Shown: positions 1 to 12,735, counted from the first letter of the stretch. The stretch: 64,000 nt of DNA from an uncultured Acidobacteriota bacterium (GCA_963764715.1 CAVXTP010000022.1:64001-128000), one strand, 5' to 3'. Translations and numbers: made by a program. The notes: generated by a model from the letters alone, not told the origin.

Positions 1-2
1 AC

Positions 3-725
3 TCGAACCTGGGCTGCCGCGCCGGCGCGAACACCGGCGTCGATCCGGCGACCAACGACCAACCCGCCGGACGCGTGCGGGACTCGGGCACGGCCTCGCC
101 GGTCGTGCTGCCGGACGGCGCCGTGCTCGTCGGCACGTCCACCTCCTACAACTTCAGCCGCGGCCACATGTTCAAGTTCGACGCGACGGGCGGCGTGCTC
201 GCGATCTACGACTTCGGCTGGGACGTCACGCCCGCGATCTTCGAGCACGACGGCACGTATTCGATCGTGACCAAGGACAACCACTACTCGAGCTCCGACG
301 GCGACGCGTACTACGACGTCACGACACTCGATGCGGCTCTGACGCCCGAGTGGTCCTTCCGGTCCAGCAACACGCAGAGCTGCGTGCGGCTGCCGAACGA
401 CACGATCGAGTGCGTGGACGATCACCCGGAGGGCTTCGAGTGGTGCGTCAACCAGCCCGCGATCGACGCGGTCGGGACGGCGTTCTTGAACGGGGAGGAC
501 GGCGTCCTCTACGCCTTCCGCCGCGACGGCTCGCTCCGGGACCAGATCTTTCTCGACACCGCCCTCGGCGCCGCGTACACGCCGCTCTCGCTCGGACCGG
601 ACGGCGTCATCTACACCCAGAACAACGGCGTGCTCTTCGCGGTGGGACGCTCGGCGGCGGTCCGCGCCGAGCCGGAGCCGCCGGCGGTCCCGGCGCGCAA
701 CCCTCGCGTGGTCGACCGGCCGTAG
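3..725 (+). CDS. C-terminal part of a PQQ-like beta-propeller repeat protein (5' end outside window)
   Basis: Frame is open from position 3 (SNLGCRAG...). Propeller-like repeats such as PAIDAVGTAFLNGEDGVLYAF and LGPDGVIYTQNNGVLFAVG. Confidence 0.6.
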   Translation, partial: SNLGCRAGANTGVDPATNDQPAGRVRDSGTASPVVLPDGAVLVGTSTSYNFSRGHMFKFDATGGVLAIYDFGWDVTPAIFEHDGTYSIVTKDNHYSSSDGDAYYDVTTLDAALTPEWSFRSSNTQSCVRLPNDTIECVDDHPEGFEWCVNQPAIDAVGTAFLNGEDGVLYAFRRDGSLRDQIFLDTALGAAYTPLSLGPDGVIYTQNNGVLFAVGRSAAVRAEPEPPAVPARNPRVVDRP

Positions 726-795
726 ACGCGCGCCGCGTTGCCCCCGGGGGACGATTCCGCTAGACTCCGCGCTCCGGTTCGCGGGCTTTCCGGAT

Positions 796-871
796 GCCCA
801 GGTAGCTCAGTTGGTAGAGCAAGGGACTGAAAATCCCTGTGTCGGCGGTTCAATTCCGTCCCTGGGCACCA
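796..871 (+). tRNA. tRNA-Phe (GAA)
   Basis: GCCCAGG...CCTGGGC acceptor stem, D-arm AGCTCAGTTGGTAGAGC, anticodon loop CTGAAAA, T-loop GGTTCAATTCC, encoded CCA. Confidence 0.97.
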
Positions 872-905
872 TCTCTTCCGCCCGACCGGCCGCGAGAGAC
901 GCACG

Positions 906-1421
906 ATGATCCTCAAAGTCGCGAAGCTCGGCGTGAAGACGCTGCGCCAGATCTCCCGGGACGTCGACCCGAAGGCCCTCGCCCGCGGCGACTACGAGGC
1001 GTTTCTCTCGGACCTCGAGGACACGATGCGCGAGTACGACGGGACGGGCATCGCCGCGCCGCAGGTGTTCACGCCGCTGCGCGCGTTCCTGTACGAGGTC
1101 CATCCCGAGACGCGCAAGCGCAAGGAGCCGGAAGTCCCCCTGACGGCCCTCTTCAACGCGACCTACGAGGGCGTGGGGACCGCGATGGAGGAGGACTCCG
1201 AGGGCTGCCTCTCGGTCCCGTTCCTGTGGGGCGGCGTCGTGCCGCGGTTCCAGACGGTGAAGGTCGAAGCGCTCGATCGCTCCGGCCGGAAGGTCTCCTT
1301 CGAGGCCTCGGGGTACCACGCGCGCGTCCTCCAGCACGAGATCGATCACCTGAACGGTCTCGTGTACCTCGACCGGATGCCGGACATGAAGAGCCTTTCG
1401 TACACGGTCAATTTCGGCTAG
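906..1421 (+). CDS. def: Peptide deformylase
   Basis: GIAAPQ, EGCLS and QHEIDHLNG motifs. Confidence 0.95.
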   Translation: MILKVAKLGVKTLRQISRDVDPKALARGDYEAFLSDLEDTMREYDGTGIAAPQVFTPLRAFLYEVHPETRKRKEPEVPLTALFNATYEGVGTAMEEDSEGCLSVPFLWGGVVPRFQTVKVEALDRSGRKVSFEASGYHARVLQHEIDHLNGLVYLDRMPDMKSLSYTVNFG

Positions 1422-1467
1422 ACACGGTTCCCGGCGGCTCCGCCTTTTGCCATAGAATCCGGTCGCG

Positions 1468-2025
1468 ATGTCTCTCTTCTCGAAGAAGAGCACCCTTCCC
1501 GCCCATCCCCCGGCCCGGGGCGACGGGGGCGCCACTTCGGACTTCCTGGTCACCCGGGTGGAGCAGATGGTCGGCTGGGCGCGGAAGAACTCGCTCTGGC
1601 CGTTCCCGTTCGCCACGGCCTGCTGCGGCATCGAGTTCATGTCGGTCGCCGCGGCCCACTACGACATCGCGCGGTTCGGAGCGGAGGTCGTGCGGTTCTC
1701 GCCCCGGCAGGCGGACCTGCTGATCGTCGCGGGCACCGTGACCGACAAGATGGCCCCCGTCCTCCGCAAGATCTACGACCAGATGCCGGAGCCCAAGTGG
1801 GTCATCTCGATGGGCGTCTGCGCGTCCTCGGGCGGCTTCTACCGGGCGTATCACGTCACCCAGGGCATCGACGAGATCATCCCGGTCGACGTCTACGTCC
1901 CCGGCTGCCCGCCGACCCCCGAAGAGCTGATCCACGCGATCATGGAGCTCCAGAAGAAGATCGCCTCCGGCGAGAAGTCGCGCGACTCGCGATCCGCGCG
2001 CTTCGCCGCGGACAACCCGGCGTGA
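1468..2025 (+). CDS. nuoB: NADH-quinone oxidoreductase subunit B
   Basis: TACCGIE tandem cysteines, [20 protein letters not shown]. Confidence 0.95.
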   Translation: MSLFSKKSTLPAHPPARGDGGATSDFLVTRVEQMVGWARKNSLWPFPFATACCGIEFMSVAAAHYDIARFGAEVVRFSPRQADLLIVAGTVTDKMAPVLRKIYDQMPEPKWVISMGVCASSGGFYRAYHVTQGIDEIIPVDVYVPGCPPTPEELIHAIMELQKKIASGEKSRDSRSARFAADNPA

Positions 2026-3764
2026 GCGTCGTCGCGGCGGCCGCGCTTTCGCCGGCGGCGGAAAAGCTCCGCGAGCGTCTCGAGGCGTCGCCCGTCGGGG
2101 CGCGGGCCTCGATTCACGACCTCGACCTGCCGACGATCGAGGTCGGGCCGCCGGACTGGCTCGCCCTGGCCCGCTTCCTCCGCGACGATCCGGGCTGTCA
2201 GTACGACCTCTTCCTCGACCTCTGCGGCGTCGACAATCTCCGGCGCCGCGACCGCTCCCCGACGAACCGCTTCGAGGCGGTCGTCCACCTGCACTCGCTC
2301 TCGAAGAACGAGCACATCCGCGTGCGGGTCGTGCTGCCGGACGCGCCGGACGGGAACCCGTCGCTTCCGAGCGTCGAGAGCGTCTGGCCGGCGGCGGACT
2401 GGTTCGAACGGGAGGCCTACGACCTCTTCGGGTTCCGGTTCTCCGGGCACCCCAACCTGCACCGCATCCTCTGCCACGACGCCTTCGTCGGGCACGCCCT
2501 GCGCAAGGACTACGCCCCGGGCCAGCGCTGGTTCTACGCCGAGGAGGACCTGCGCTACCCGGAGTGGGCGCGGCACACCGAGGAGAGGGCCGGCCACTTC
2601 GAGACCCAGACGATCTCGATCGGCCCGTCGCATCCGGCGACGCACGGGATCATCCACCTGATCGCGCGGCTCGACGGCGAGACCATCGTCAAGGCCGAGA
2701 CGATGATCGGCTATCTCCACCGGTGCTTCGAGAAGATGGCCGAGACGCAGCACTGGAACCAGGTCATCCCGTACACCGACCGGCTCAACTACGTGTCGGC
2801 CATGATCAACGGCGTCGGCTACGTGCGGACCGTCGAGAAGATGCTCGGCATCGAGGTGCCCGACCGGGGCCGGCTCGTGCGGACGATCCTCTCCGAGTTC
2901 ACCCGGATCATGGACCACTGCGTCTGCATCGGCGCGAACCTCGTCGACATCGGCGCCCTGACCAACTTCATCTACCTCTACGAGAACCGCGAGAACATCT
3001 ACGACCTGATCGAGGCCTGCTGCGGGGCCCGGCTCACCGTCTCCTACGTGCGGGTCGGCGGCCTCGCGATCGACGTGCCGGACGACTTCGTTGCGCGGTG
3101 CCGGAGGCTCCTCGAAACGATCCCTCTCCTGATCGACGACGTCGAGAAGCTCGTGACGAACAACCGGATCGTGCGCAACCGGCTCTCGGGCACGGGCATC
3201 GTGACCCGGGAGCAGGCGATCACCTGGGGCATGACCGGTCCCATGCTGCGGGCGTCGGGCGTGGCGTACGACGTGCGGCGCGCCCGGCCCTACGACTTCT
3301 ACGACCGGTTCGACTGGGACGTCCCGATCGCGCAGGACGGCGACAACTTCGCCCGCTACCTGGTGCGCCTCGAGGAGATGCGGCAGTCGCTCAAGATCAT
3401 CCGGCAGGCCCTCGACATCTTCCCGGCGAAGGGCCCCGTCAGCTCGGACGACTGGCACGTGGTCCTGCCGCCGAAGGACGCCGTCTACCACGACATGGAG
3501 TCCCTCATCTACCACTTCAAGCTGACGATGGAGGGCATCCGCGTGCCGCCCGGCGAGCGGTACGAGTGGATCGAGGGCGGCACGGGGGAGCTCGGCTTCT
3601 ACGCCGTCTCGGACGGCCGCGGCGGCCCGTATCGGCTGAAGGTGCGCCCGCCGTGCTTCCCGAACATGGCGGCCTTCGAGAAGATCGTCGTCGGGGGCAC
3701 GGTCTCCGACGCCGTCGCGACGCTCGGGACGCTCAACGTCATCGCGGGGGAGCTCGACCGATGA
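2022..3764 (+). CDS. nuoCD: Fused NADH-quinone oxidoreductase subunit C/D
   Basis: [11 protein letters not shown] (NuoC); [19 protein letters not shown] and C-terminal GELDR (NuoD). GTG start overlaps the nuoB stop (GTGA). Confidence 0.92.
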   Translation: MSVVAAAALSPAAEKLRERLEASPVGARASIHDLDLPTIEVGPPDWLALARFLRDDPGCQYDLFLDLCGVDNLRRRDRSPTNRFEAVVHLHSLSKNEHIRVRVVLPDAPDGNPSLPSVESVWPAADWFEREAYDLFGFRFSGHPNLHRILCHDAFVGHALRKDYAPGQRWFYAEEDLRYPEWARHTEERAGHFETQTISIGPSHPATHGIIHLIARLDGETIVKAETMIGYLHRCFEKMAETQHWNQVIPYTDRLNYVSAMINGVGYVRTVEKMLGIEVPDRGRLVRTILSEFTRIMDHCVCIGANLVDIGALTNFIYLYENRENIYDLIEACCGARLTVSYVRVGGLAIDVPDDFVARCRRLLETIPLLIDDVEKLVTNNRIVRNRLSGTGIVTREQAITWGMTGPMLRASGVAYDVRRARPYDFYDRFDWDVPIAQDGDNFARYLVRLEEMRQSLKIIRQALDIFPAKGPVSSDDWHVVLPPKDAVYHDMESLIYHFKLTMEGIRVPPGERYEWIEGGTGELGFYAVSDGRGGPYRLKVRPPCFPNMAAFEKIVVGGTVSDAVATLGTLNVIAGELDR

Positions 3765-4459
3765 GCGGCGTGATCGACGTCTCCCGGCGGGTGCCCGATC
3801 GCCTGACGTTCCTCCAGAAGCTCTACATCCCCGAGATCCTGCGGGGGATGGCGGTGACGCTGCGGCACCTCGTGCGCAACCTCGCCAACATCAAGGGGCT
3901 GCCGACGATCCAGTATCCCGAGGTCCTGCGCAAGTACTCGAACCGGTTCCGCGGCAAGCACATCCTCAAGACGCGCGAGGACGGGACGCTCAAGTGCGTC
4001 GCGTGCTACATGTGCCAGGAGGCCTGCCCCGCCGAGTGCATCACGATCGTCGCCGGCGAGCACCCGAAGATCGCCTACGAGAAGTACCCGGTGGTGTTCG
4101 ACATCGACATGATGCGGTGCGTCTTCTGCGGGTTCTGCGTCGACGCCTGCCCCAAGGACGCCATCTGGATGACGCGCAATTACGAGATGGCGTTCTTCAG
4201 CCGCGAGGAGGCGGTCTTCTCGATCGACCGGCTGCGCGAGACGCCCGAGGAGATCGCCAAGCACGGCTACGGTTACCGGCCCTACTACCCCGGCGACGGC
4301 ACGACGCCGCCCTCCGACGCGTCGATGTTGCCGGTCGTCCCGGGCAGCGGGGAGCGCGACCGTCTGCGCGCCGAGGCGGTCCCGCTGCCGGACCGCGATC
4401 CGGGCCCGGGCCCCCTGAACGCGCCGAGCCAGGCGTCCCAGAGACCCTTCCCGGCCTGA
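3761..4459 (+). CDS. nuoI: NADH-quinone oxidoreductase subunit I
   Basis: Two CxxCxxCxxxCP ferredoxin motifs, TIQYPE. ATG overlaps the nuoCD stop. Confidence 0.9.
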   Translation: MSGVIDVSRRVPDRLTFLQKLYIPEILRGMAVTLRHLVRNLANIKGLPTIQYPEVLRKYSNRFRGKHILKTREDGTLKCVACYMCQEACPAECITIVAGEHPKIAYEKYPVVFDIDMMRCVFCGFCVDACPKDAIWMTRNYEMAFFSREEAVFSIDRLRETPEEIAKHGYGYRPYYPGDGTTPPSDASMLPVVPGSGERDRLRAEAVPLPDRDPGPGPLNAPSQASQRPFPA

Positions 4460-4465
4460 TCCGGG

Positions 4466-5242
4466 ATGCCCGCCGCGATCGCCCGGGCGCTCGATGCGTG
4501 GCTCGGGCGGGCCGTGCGCGGGAGGCGTGAGGACCGGGTCGCCGCGCTGACGGGCCTTCCGACGCAACGCTGGCGCGAGCTCGCCCGCGCGTACCCCGAC
4601 CTCCCGGCCGACCCCGGCCCCCTGGCGGCGAAGGCGCGGGCGAGGCTTTCCCGCCTCGCCGCGCGGGCGCTCGCGAGCGGGCGCTGGAATCTGCGGCTCG
4701 AGGGCGATCCGCCGACGCCGCAGCCCTGCGTCTACGTCACGGCCCACCTGGGATCGCTGCAGGCCCTGCGCTACGCCCTGCGGTCTCGCGGCGCGCCGGC
4801 GGCGACGGTCCTCGGCCCCCACAACCTCGACCGGACGCTCGCCGCGGCCCAGGACCGGATCTTCGACCGTTCCCATCCGCACGCGTTTCCGCATGCTTTC
4901 CCGTCCTCGGCCGTGCATCGCCTCCGGGGGGCGTTGAAGCGGGGAAGCCTCGTCGCCGCGGCCGATCTGCCGGCGAGGGGCGGACGGCGGGTGCCGCTGC
5001 TCGGCGGGTGGGCGCTCCTCGACTTGCGTCCCTTTCGCCTCGCGCGCGCGGCGCGGGTGCCCTGCCGGCCGGCGTTCGCGACGCTTCCGGGCGGCCGCTG
5101 GACGCTGACGCTCGGCCCGTCGCTCCCGGCGGACGAGGAGGAGGCCGGGGAGGCGTTCGCGCGGGCTCTCGCGCAGGTCGCGGCCCGGGCGCCGCTCGAC
5201 CTCGACGGCGTGGTCTACCTGCACATCGCCGGGCGCGCCTGA
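4466..5242 (+). CDS. Divergent LpxL/lipid A lauroyl acyltransferase-like protein
   Basis: VYVTAHLGSLQ resembles the HxGxWE motif; GSLVAAADLP and RLARAARVPCRPAF resemble family blocks. Confidence 0.5.
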   Translation: MPAAIARALDAWLGRAVRGRREDRVAALTGLPTQRWRELARAYPDLPADPGPLAAKARARLSRLAARALASGRWNLRLEGDPPTPQPCVYVTAHLGSLQALRYALRSRGAPAATVLGPHNLDRTLAAAQDRIFDRSHPHAFPHAFPSSAVHRLRGALKRGSLVAAADLPARGGRRVPLLGGWALLDLRPFRLARAARVPCRPAFATLPGGRWTLTLGPSLPADEEEAGEAFARALAQVAARAPLDLDGVVYLHIAGRA

Positions 5243-5257
5243 GCCGCCGGGGCGGCG

Positions 5258-5695
5258 TCAGTGGGCGTGCGTCGGCGGGTGCCCGTCGGTCTTGTGGACC
5301 GACTCGACGGTGATCCGGATCTCCTCGTCGGAGGCGCCCTTCTGCTTGAGCTGCCAGGCGAGGCGCGCTTCCGAAAGGCAGATGCCGCAGCCGGCGGCGT
5401 GGGTGTCGACGAAGCAGGTCAGGAGCGTCTTGTGCTTGAACGCCGGGCTCTCGGCGCACTCGCAGAAGCAGTGCAGCTTGTCGAGGGTCGCCGGGATCTT
5501 TCGCGCGATCTCGTAGCCGGGCGCGACCTCCGGGTCCCAGCCCTTCTCGAACTGCTTCGGGTCGAGCGTCGCCCGCCGCTCCTTGCAGGTCGTGCAGGCG
5601 TTCTTCGGGTCGGAGGCCGGCTTTCCCTCGGGCGTGTCGCCGAGGGCGAAAGCGGAGGCGGCGAGGAGAATCGCGGCGAGCGTTCGATGGCGCAT
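5258..5695 (-). CDS. Secreted PCYCGC-motif family protein
   Basis: Signal peptide; LHCFCEC, LLTCF and HAAGCGIC motifs. Confidence 0.7.
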   Translation of the reverse strand: MRHRTLAAILLAASAFALGDTPEGKPASDPKNACTTCKERRATLDPKQFEKGWDPEVAPGYEIARKIPATLDKLHCFCECAESPAFKHKTLLTCFVDTHAAGCGICLSEARLAWQLKQKGASDEEIRITVESVHKTDGHPPTHAH

Positions 5696-5729
5696 GCCGG
5701 CTCGAAACGCCGGATTGATCGATCTATTC

Positions 5730-5831
5730 CCGCAGACCGCAGACCGCAGACCGCAGACCGCAGACGGTCTAGTCTGCTTGCTGCTTGCTTACTGCTTACC
5801 GCTTACCGCCGTCTGCCGTCCGCCGTCCGCC
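5730..5831. repeat. Heptamer tandem arrays arranged as an imperfect inverted repeat
   Basis: (CCGCAGA)x5 at 5730-5764, then degenerate heptamers TCTGCTT/GCTGCTT/ACTGCTT/ACCGCTT/ACCGCCG/TCTGCCG/TCCGCCG. Confidence 0.85.
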
Positions 5832-6883
5832 TACTTCAAGCTCTCCATGATGTCCTCGAGCGCCTTCCGGCCCGGCCGCAGGCGCGCGTCGGCCATCGCG
5901 ACGATCGGCTCCTGGCCGACGCCCGAGAGCGTGAGGAAGTCCTTCTTCTCGGGCTCGGCGTAAATCAGGCCCGTCAGGAACTCCTGCTTCTCGTGGGATT
6001 CCTGGCAGAGCGCGAGGGCCTGCCCCTTGTTGGTCGCGTCGTAGTCGGCGCGGAGCTTCTTCAGCCGGATGTGCGAACCGTCGTGCAGCTCGATCTCCTG
6101 CGTCGTGCCGGCGTCGTAGTCGACCGCGATGTCCTCGTAGTAGGGGATGAAGCCGATCTCGTGAATGGGGATCTCGTGGTCCTTGGCCCACTTGTACGAC
6201 TTCGTCGAGCTGTCGTGGTTGTTGAAGGTGACGCAGGGCGAGACGACGTCGAGAAGCGCGGTTCCGCGGTGCGCGAGCGCGCCCTTCAGCAGGGCCACGA
6301 GCTGCTTCATGTCGCCCGAGAACGACCGCGCGACGTATCCGCAGCCGAGCTCGATCGCCATCGCGCAGAGGTCGATCGCGGGCAGGTCGTTGACGACGCC
6401 GGTCTTCAGCTTCGAGCCTTCGTCGGCCGTGGCGGAGAACTGGCCCTTGGTCAGGCCGTAGACGCCGTTGTTCTCGACGATGTAGACCATCGGGACGTTG
6501 CGCCGGAGGAGGTGGACGAACTGGCCGGCGCCGATCGACGCGGTGTCGCCGTCGCCGGAGACGCCGATCGAGTGAAGCGACGGGTTGACCATCATGGCCC
6601 CGGTCGCGATGGCGGGCATCCGCCCGTGGACCGCGTTGAAGCCGTGCCCCCGGTCGGCGAAGTAAGCCGTCGTCTTCGACGAGCAGCCGATGCCCGACAG
6701 CTTGGCGATGCGGTGCGGCGGGATCGACATCTCGTAGATCGCCTGGGTGATCTGCCGGGTGATGACGTCGTGGCCGCAGCCCACGCAGAGCGTGGACTTG
6801 AGGCCGCCGTACTCCTTGGCCGAGAGGCCGATGCGGTTGACGGGAGGCGCCTTGGGCTCGGGCGTGCTCGTGGCGGAGGACAT
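5831..6883 (-). CDS. korB: 2-oxoacid:ferredoxin oxidoreductase beta subunit
   Basis: CVGCGH, SGIGCSS, HGR, GDGD TPP motif, NNGVYGLTKGQ, SPCVTFN. Start overlaps the korA stop. Confidence 0.92.
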   Translation of the reverse strand: MSSATSTPEPKAPPVNRIGLSAKEYGGLKSTLCVGCGHDVITRQITQAIYEMSIPPHRIAKLSGIGCSSKTTAYFADRGHGFNAVHGRMPAIATGAMMVNPSLHSIGVSGDGDTASIGAGQFVHLLRRNVPMVYIVENNGVYGLTKGQFSATADEGSKLKTGVVNDLPAIDLCAMAIELGCGYVARSFSGDMKQLVALLKGALAHRGTALLDVVSPCVTFNNHDSSTKSYKWAKDHEIPIHEIGFIPYYEDIAVDYDAGTTQEIELHDGSHIRLKKLRADYDATNKGQALALCQESHEKQEFLTGLIYAEPEKKDFLTLSGVGQEPIVAMADARLRPGRKALEDIMESLK

Positions 6884-8733
6884 CAGTTCTTCTCCCCGGC
6901 CTCGATCCCTTCGATCACCGTTTCGGCGTCGAGGGGGAAGCCGTCGTAGTGGCGGATGGAGCGCAGCTTCGCCGCGTCGCCGTGGACCTCGAGGCGCAGG
7001 AGGTCGTACATCTGACCGTCGCGGTTCTGGTCGATGACGTAGACGCGGTCGTGCGCGGCGACGAACGCGGAGGCTTCGGCCGTGAAGGGCAGGGCGCGCA
7101 GGCGCAGGTAGTCGGTCGGGATGCCCTTGCGGGCCAGCAGGACCCTCGCCTCCTCGACGGCGAAATCCGACGAGCCGTAGGCGATGACCCCCACCCGGCT
7201 TCCCGAGCCGGTCGAAACGACCGGCTTGGGCACGTAGGCCTTCGCGGTCTCGAACTTGCGCGCCAGGCGGTCCATGTTGTTCTTGTAGTCGTCCGGCCGC
7301 TCCGTGTAGTTGGCCCGCTCGTTGTGCCCCGAGCCGCGCGTGAAGTACGCGGCGCCCGGGATGTCGAGGAAGCCCGGGAGCGTGCGGTAGGGCACGCCGT
7401 CCCCGTCGACGTCGCGGTATCGGGCGAACTCCTTGAACCGCGCGACGTGGGCTTCGAACTCCGCCTTCGTGCGGAGGATCTTGCCGCGGTCGAGCGTCTT
7501 GTCGGGGTAGGGGAACGGGTCGGCCATCCAGTTGTTCATCCCGAGGTCGAGGTCGGTCATCAGGAAGACCGGCGTCTGAAAGCGCTCGGCGAGGTCGAAC
7601 GCGTCCATCGCCATCGTGTAGCACTCCTCGACGGAGGAGGGGAGCAGCAGGATGTGCCGGGCGTCGCCGTGCCCGAGGTAGTAGGTCGAGGTGATGTCGC
7701 CCTGCATCGTCCGGGTCGGCAGGCCCGTGGACGGCCCGACGCGCTGGACGTCGATGATGACGGCCGGCACCTCGGCGTAGTAGCCGAGGCCCGTGAACTC
7801 GGACATCAGGGAGATGCCCGGGCCCGAGGTCGTCGTCATGGCGCGCGCGCCCGCCCAGCCGGCGCCGAGCACCATCCCGAGGGCCGCGAGCTCGTCCTCG
7901 GCCTGCACGACGGCGAAGGTCGACTCGCCCGTGTCGGGATCGATGCGGTGCTTGCCGGCGTAGTCGATGAGGGCCTCGGCGAGGGAGGAGGAGGGCGTGA
8001 TCGGGTACCACGCCAGGAACTGGACGCCTCCCATCATGCAGCCGATCGCGGAGGCCGCGTTGCCCTCGATGATGATCTTGCCGGCGGTGGCGTTCATCCG
8101 CTCGAGCCGGAAGGGGTCCTTCTTCGCCAGGTTCTTCCCGGCCCACTCGAACCCGCCGCGGATCGCCTTCATGTTGATCTCGACCGCGGCCGCCTTACTC
8201 TTGAACTGCTTGGCGACGGCCTTCTCGATCTCGGCCATGTCGACGTCGAGGAGCCACGCGGCGACCCCGACGTAGATCATGTTGATCGCCAGGCGGCGCA
8301 GCTTTCCGTCGTGCACGAGCTCGAGGACGAGCTTCTGAAACGGCACGGGGTAGAAGTGGACGTCGGTGCGGAGGGTGTCGAGCTTGAGGCTCTCCTCGTA
8401 GATGACGGCCGCGCCCGGCGCCACCGTGCGGACGTCCTCGTGGGCGGTCTCGGGATTCATGCAGATCAGCACGCCGACGTCGCGCCGGCGGGCGATGAAC
8501 CCTTCCTTGGAGGCGCGGATCGTGAACCAGGTCGGCAGGCCCTGGATGTTGGAGGGGAAGAGGTTCTTGCCCGAGACGGGAATCCCCATCTGGAAGATGG
8601 CCCGCATCAGGATGCTGTTCGAAGACTGGCTGCCGGAGCCGTTGGCTGTGGCGACGTGGATCGAAAAATCGTTCACGACGGGCGGACGGCTCGGAGCGTC
8701 CGCTCGCTTCTCTTCGAGGACCTCGGTGGCCAT
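6883..8733 (-). CDS. korA: 2-oxoacid:acceptor oxidoreductase alpha subunit (gamma-alpha fusion)
   Basis: NGSGSQ, YPITPSS, QAEDE, TSGPG, QRVGPSTGLPT. Confidence 0.92.
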   Translation of the reverse strand: MATEVLEEKRADAPSRPPVVNDFSIHVATANGSGSQSSNSILMRAIFQMGIPVSGKNLFPSNIQGLPTWFTIRASKEGFIARRRDVGVLICMNPETAHEDVRTVAPGAAVIYEESLKLDTLRTDVHFYPVPFQKLVLELVHDGKLRRLAINMIYVGVAAWLLDVDMAEIEKAVAKQFKSKAAAVEINMKAIRGGFEWAGKNLAKKDPFRLERMNATAGKIIIEGNAASAIGCMMGGVQFLAWYPITPSSSLAEALIDYAGKHRIDPDTGESTFAVVQAEDELAALGMVLGAGWAGARAMTTTSGPGISLMSEFTGLGYYAEVPAVIIDVQRVGPSTGLPTRTMQGDITSTYYLGHGDARHILLLPSSVEECYTMAMDAFDLAERFQTPVFLMTDLDLGMNNWMADPFPYPDKTLDRGKILRTKAEFEAHVARFKEFARYRDVDGDGVPYRTLPGFLDIPGAAYFTRGSGHNERANYTERPDDYKNNMDRLARKFETAKAYVPKPVVSTGSGSRVGVIAYGSSDFAVEEARVLLARKGIPTDYLRLRALPFTAEASAFVAAHDRVYVIDQNRDGQMYDLLRLEVHGDAAKLRSIRHYDGFPLDAETVIEGIEAGEKN

Positions 8734-8846
8734 GCTACTCCCTACGTTGACCGCGGGCCGGGCCGCGGGGCGTCGATGATACCAAAGGGTTTGGCGAGTG
8801 GGCCGTGCGCCCGGGCGGATAGAATCCGGCGCCGGGGAGGATCCGC

Positions 8847-10917
<2,071 letters not shown>

Positions 10918-10928
<11 letters not shown>

Positions 10929-12735
10929 CACCGGCCGGCCCCCGCTCCCGGATGTTTTCCTCGTCGAGCAGGCGCTGCCGCGCGGCGAGGACGCCGGAGC
11001 GCCCGAGATAGCCGACGAGGCGCCCCGGGTCCCGTCGGTCGACGACAGGAAGCCGGCCGATCCCGTGCCGGAGCATGCGCTCGACGGCCTCGCGGATCAG
11101 GTCGTCTTCGTAGGCCACGATCGGGTTGCGGGCTCCGGCGTCGAGGACGCCGACCCCTCCGCCGGGATAAGCCTCGAGGGCGTTCATGAGGTCGCTCCGG
11201 GTGATGATGCCCACGAGGCGGCCGTGCGCGTCGACGATCGGCGTGCCCTGGCGCCGGGCGAGCTCGGGCTCGCGCCGCAGGCGCTCCGAGAGCTCGCGGA
11301 CGCTCGTGGCGGTCGAGATCGTCGGCACGTCCCGCTCCATGACCTCGCCGACGCGATGGATGTCGAACGGATCGACCGTGTACTCGCGGAAGACGTGGTG
11401 CCCGCGGCGCGCCACCTTCTCCGTGAGGATCGAGCGCCGCAGAAGGAGGACCGTCACGGCGTGGGCGCACACGCAGGCCGCGAGCAACGCCGGCAGCAGG
11501 TTCCAGTCGCGGGTCAGCTCCGCCGTGAACATTATCGCGGTCAGGGGTGACCGCATGGTTCCCCCCATCATCGCGGCCATCGCGAGCGTGGCCCACAGGC
11601 CGGCGTCGCCGCCCGGCAGGATGCCCGAGGCCACCGCGCCGAGCGCCCCGCCCATCATGAGAAGGGGAGCGAGGACGCCGCCGGACGTCCCCGAGCCCAG
11701 AGCGACGGCCCAGACGAGGCCCTTCGTCACGGCGAGGTTCGCGGCTTCCGGAGGCGCGAGCCGGCCCTCGAGCAACCCGTGGATCGAGTCGTAGCCGACG
11801 CCGAGGACCCGTGGGTTCCAGAGACCGCCGAGGCCGACCCCGAGGCCGCCGATCGCCGGCCACCACATCCAGTGGACCGGAAGGCGGGCGAAAAGGTCTT
11901 CGAACGCGTACACGAGGGTGGTCAGCAGCCCGGACGCGAGCCCCGCCGCGACGCCGAGCAGGGCGGCGAAGACGAGGACCGGGGCCCCCGGCATCGCGTG
12001 CGGCGGGACCGGGAAGACGGGTCCCGGTCCGAGCAGCGGGACGCGCGCCGCCGAGGCCACGACCGCGGCGAGGGCCACCGGAATGAAGCTCCGCGGCTTC
12101 CACTCGAAGAGCAGGAGCTCGACGGCGAGGATCGAGGCGGCGACCGGCGAAGCGAAGATGGCGGACATCCCGGCGGCGGCGCCCGCGACGAGAAGCGTCT
12201 TGCGCTCGGCCGACGAGAGGTGGAAGAGCTGGGCGAAGAGCGAGCCGAATGCGCCGCCCGTCATGATGATCGGGCCTTCGGCGCCGAAGGGCCCTCCCGT
12301 CCCGATCGAGACGGCCGAGGAGACGGGCTTCAACACGGCCACCTTCGCGTCGAGACGGCTCCGGCCGAGGAGGATCGCCTCGATGGCCTCCGGGATCCCG
12401 TGGCCCCGGATCTTGTCGGAGCCCCATCGGGCCATGGCGCCGATCACGAGGCCGCCGACGACGGGAACGGCAACCGTCCAGGGCGCCAGGCGGCCGGCGC
12501 CGGGGGAGACGAACTCCGAGGACCACCGGCCGAAGTACGCGAGGTTCGTGATGACGGCGATCAGCCAGACGAGGGCCCAGGCCACGGCGGCCGCGATGGC
12601 GCCGATCGCCAGGGCCATCGCCGAGAGAAGGAGGACCCGACGGTCGGTCGTGTAGTCCGCGAGCCGGTCCGCAGGGCGGCCCCCCGCGCGCGGGGTCTCG
12701 GGGCGGACGGCCGCCGGGAGGGACGAAGCGCTCAC
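10918..12735 (-). CDS. ClC family chloride channel/transporter with C-terminal CBS pair
   Basis: GHGIPE, GGPFGAEGP, GTSGGVLAP motifs and two CBS domains. Confidence 0.9.

Noticed and set aside
1468-4459. Group 4 [NiFe]-hydrogenase
   Set aside because: The large subunit lacks the two Ni-binding CxxC motifs and has NuoD features (HPATHG, DRLNY, GELDR); NuoB has tandem CC.
5730-5831. Possible CRISPR array
   Set aside because: 7-bp units with no spacers and no cas genes in the window.
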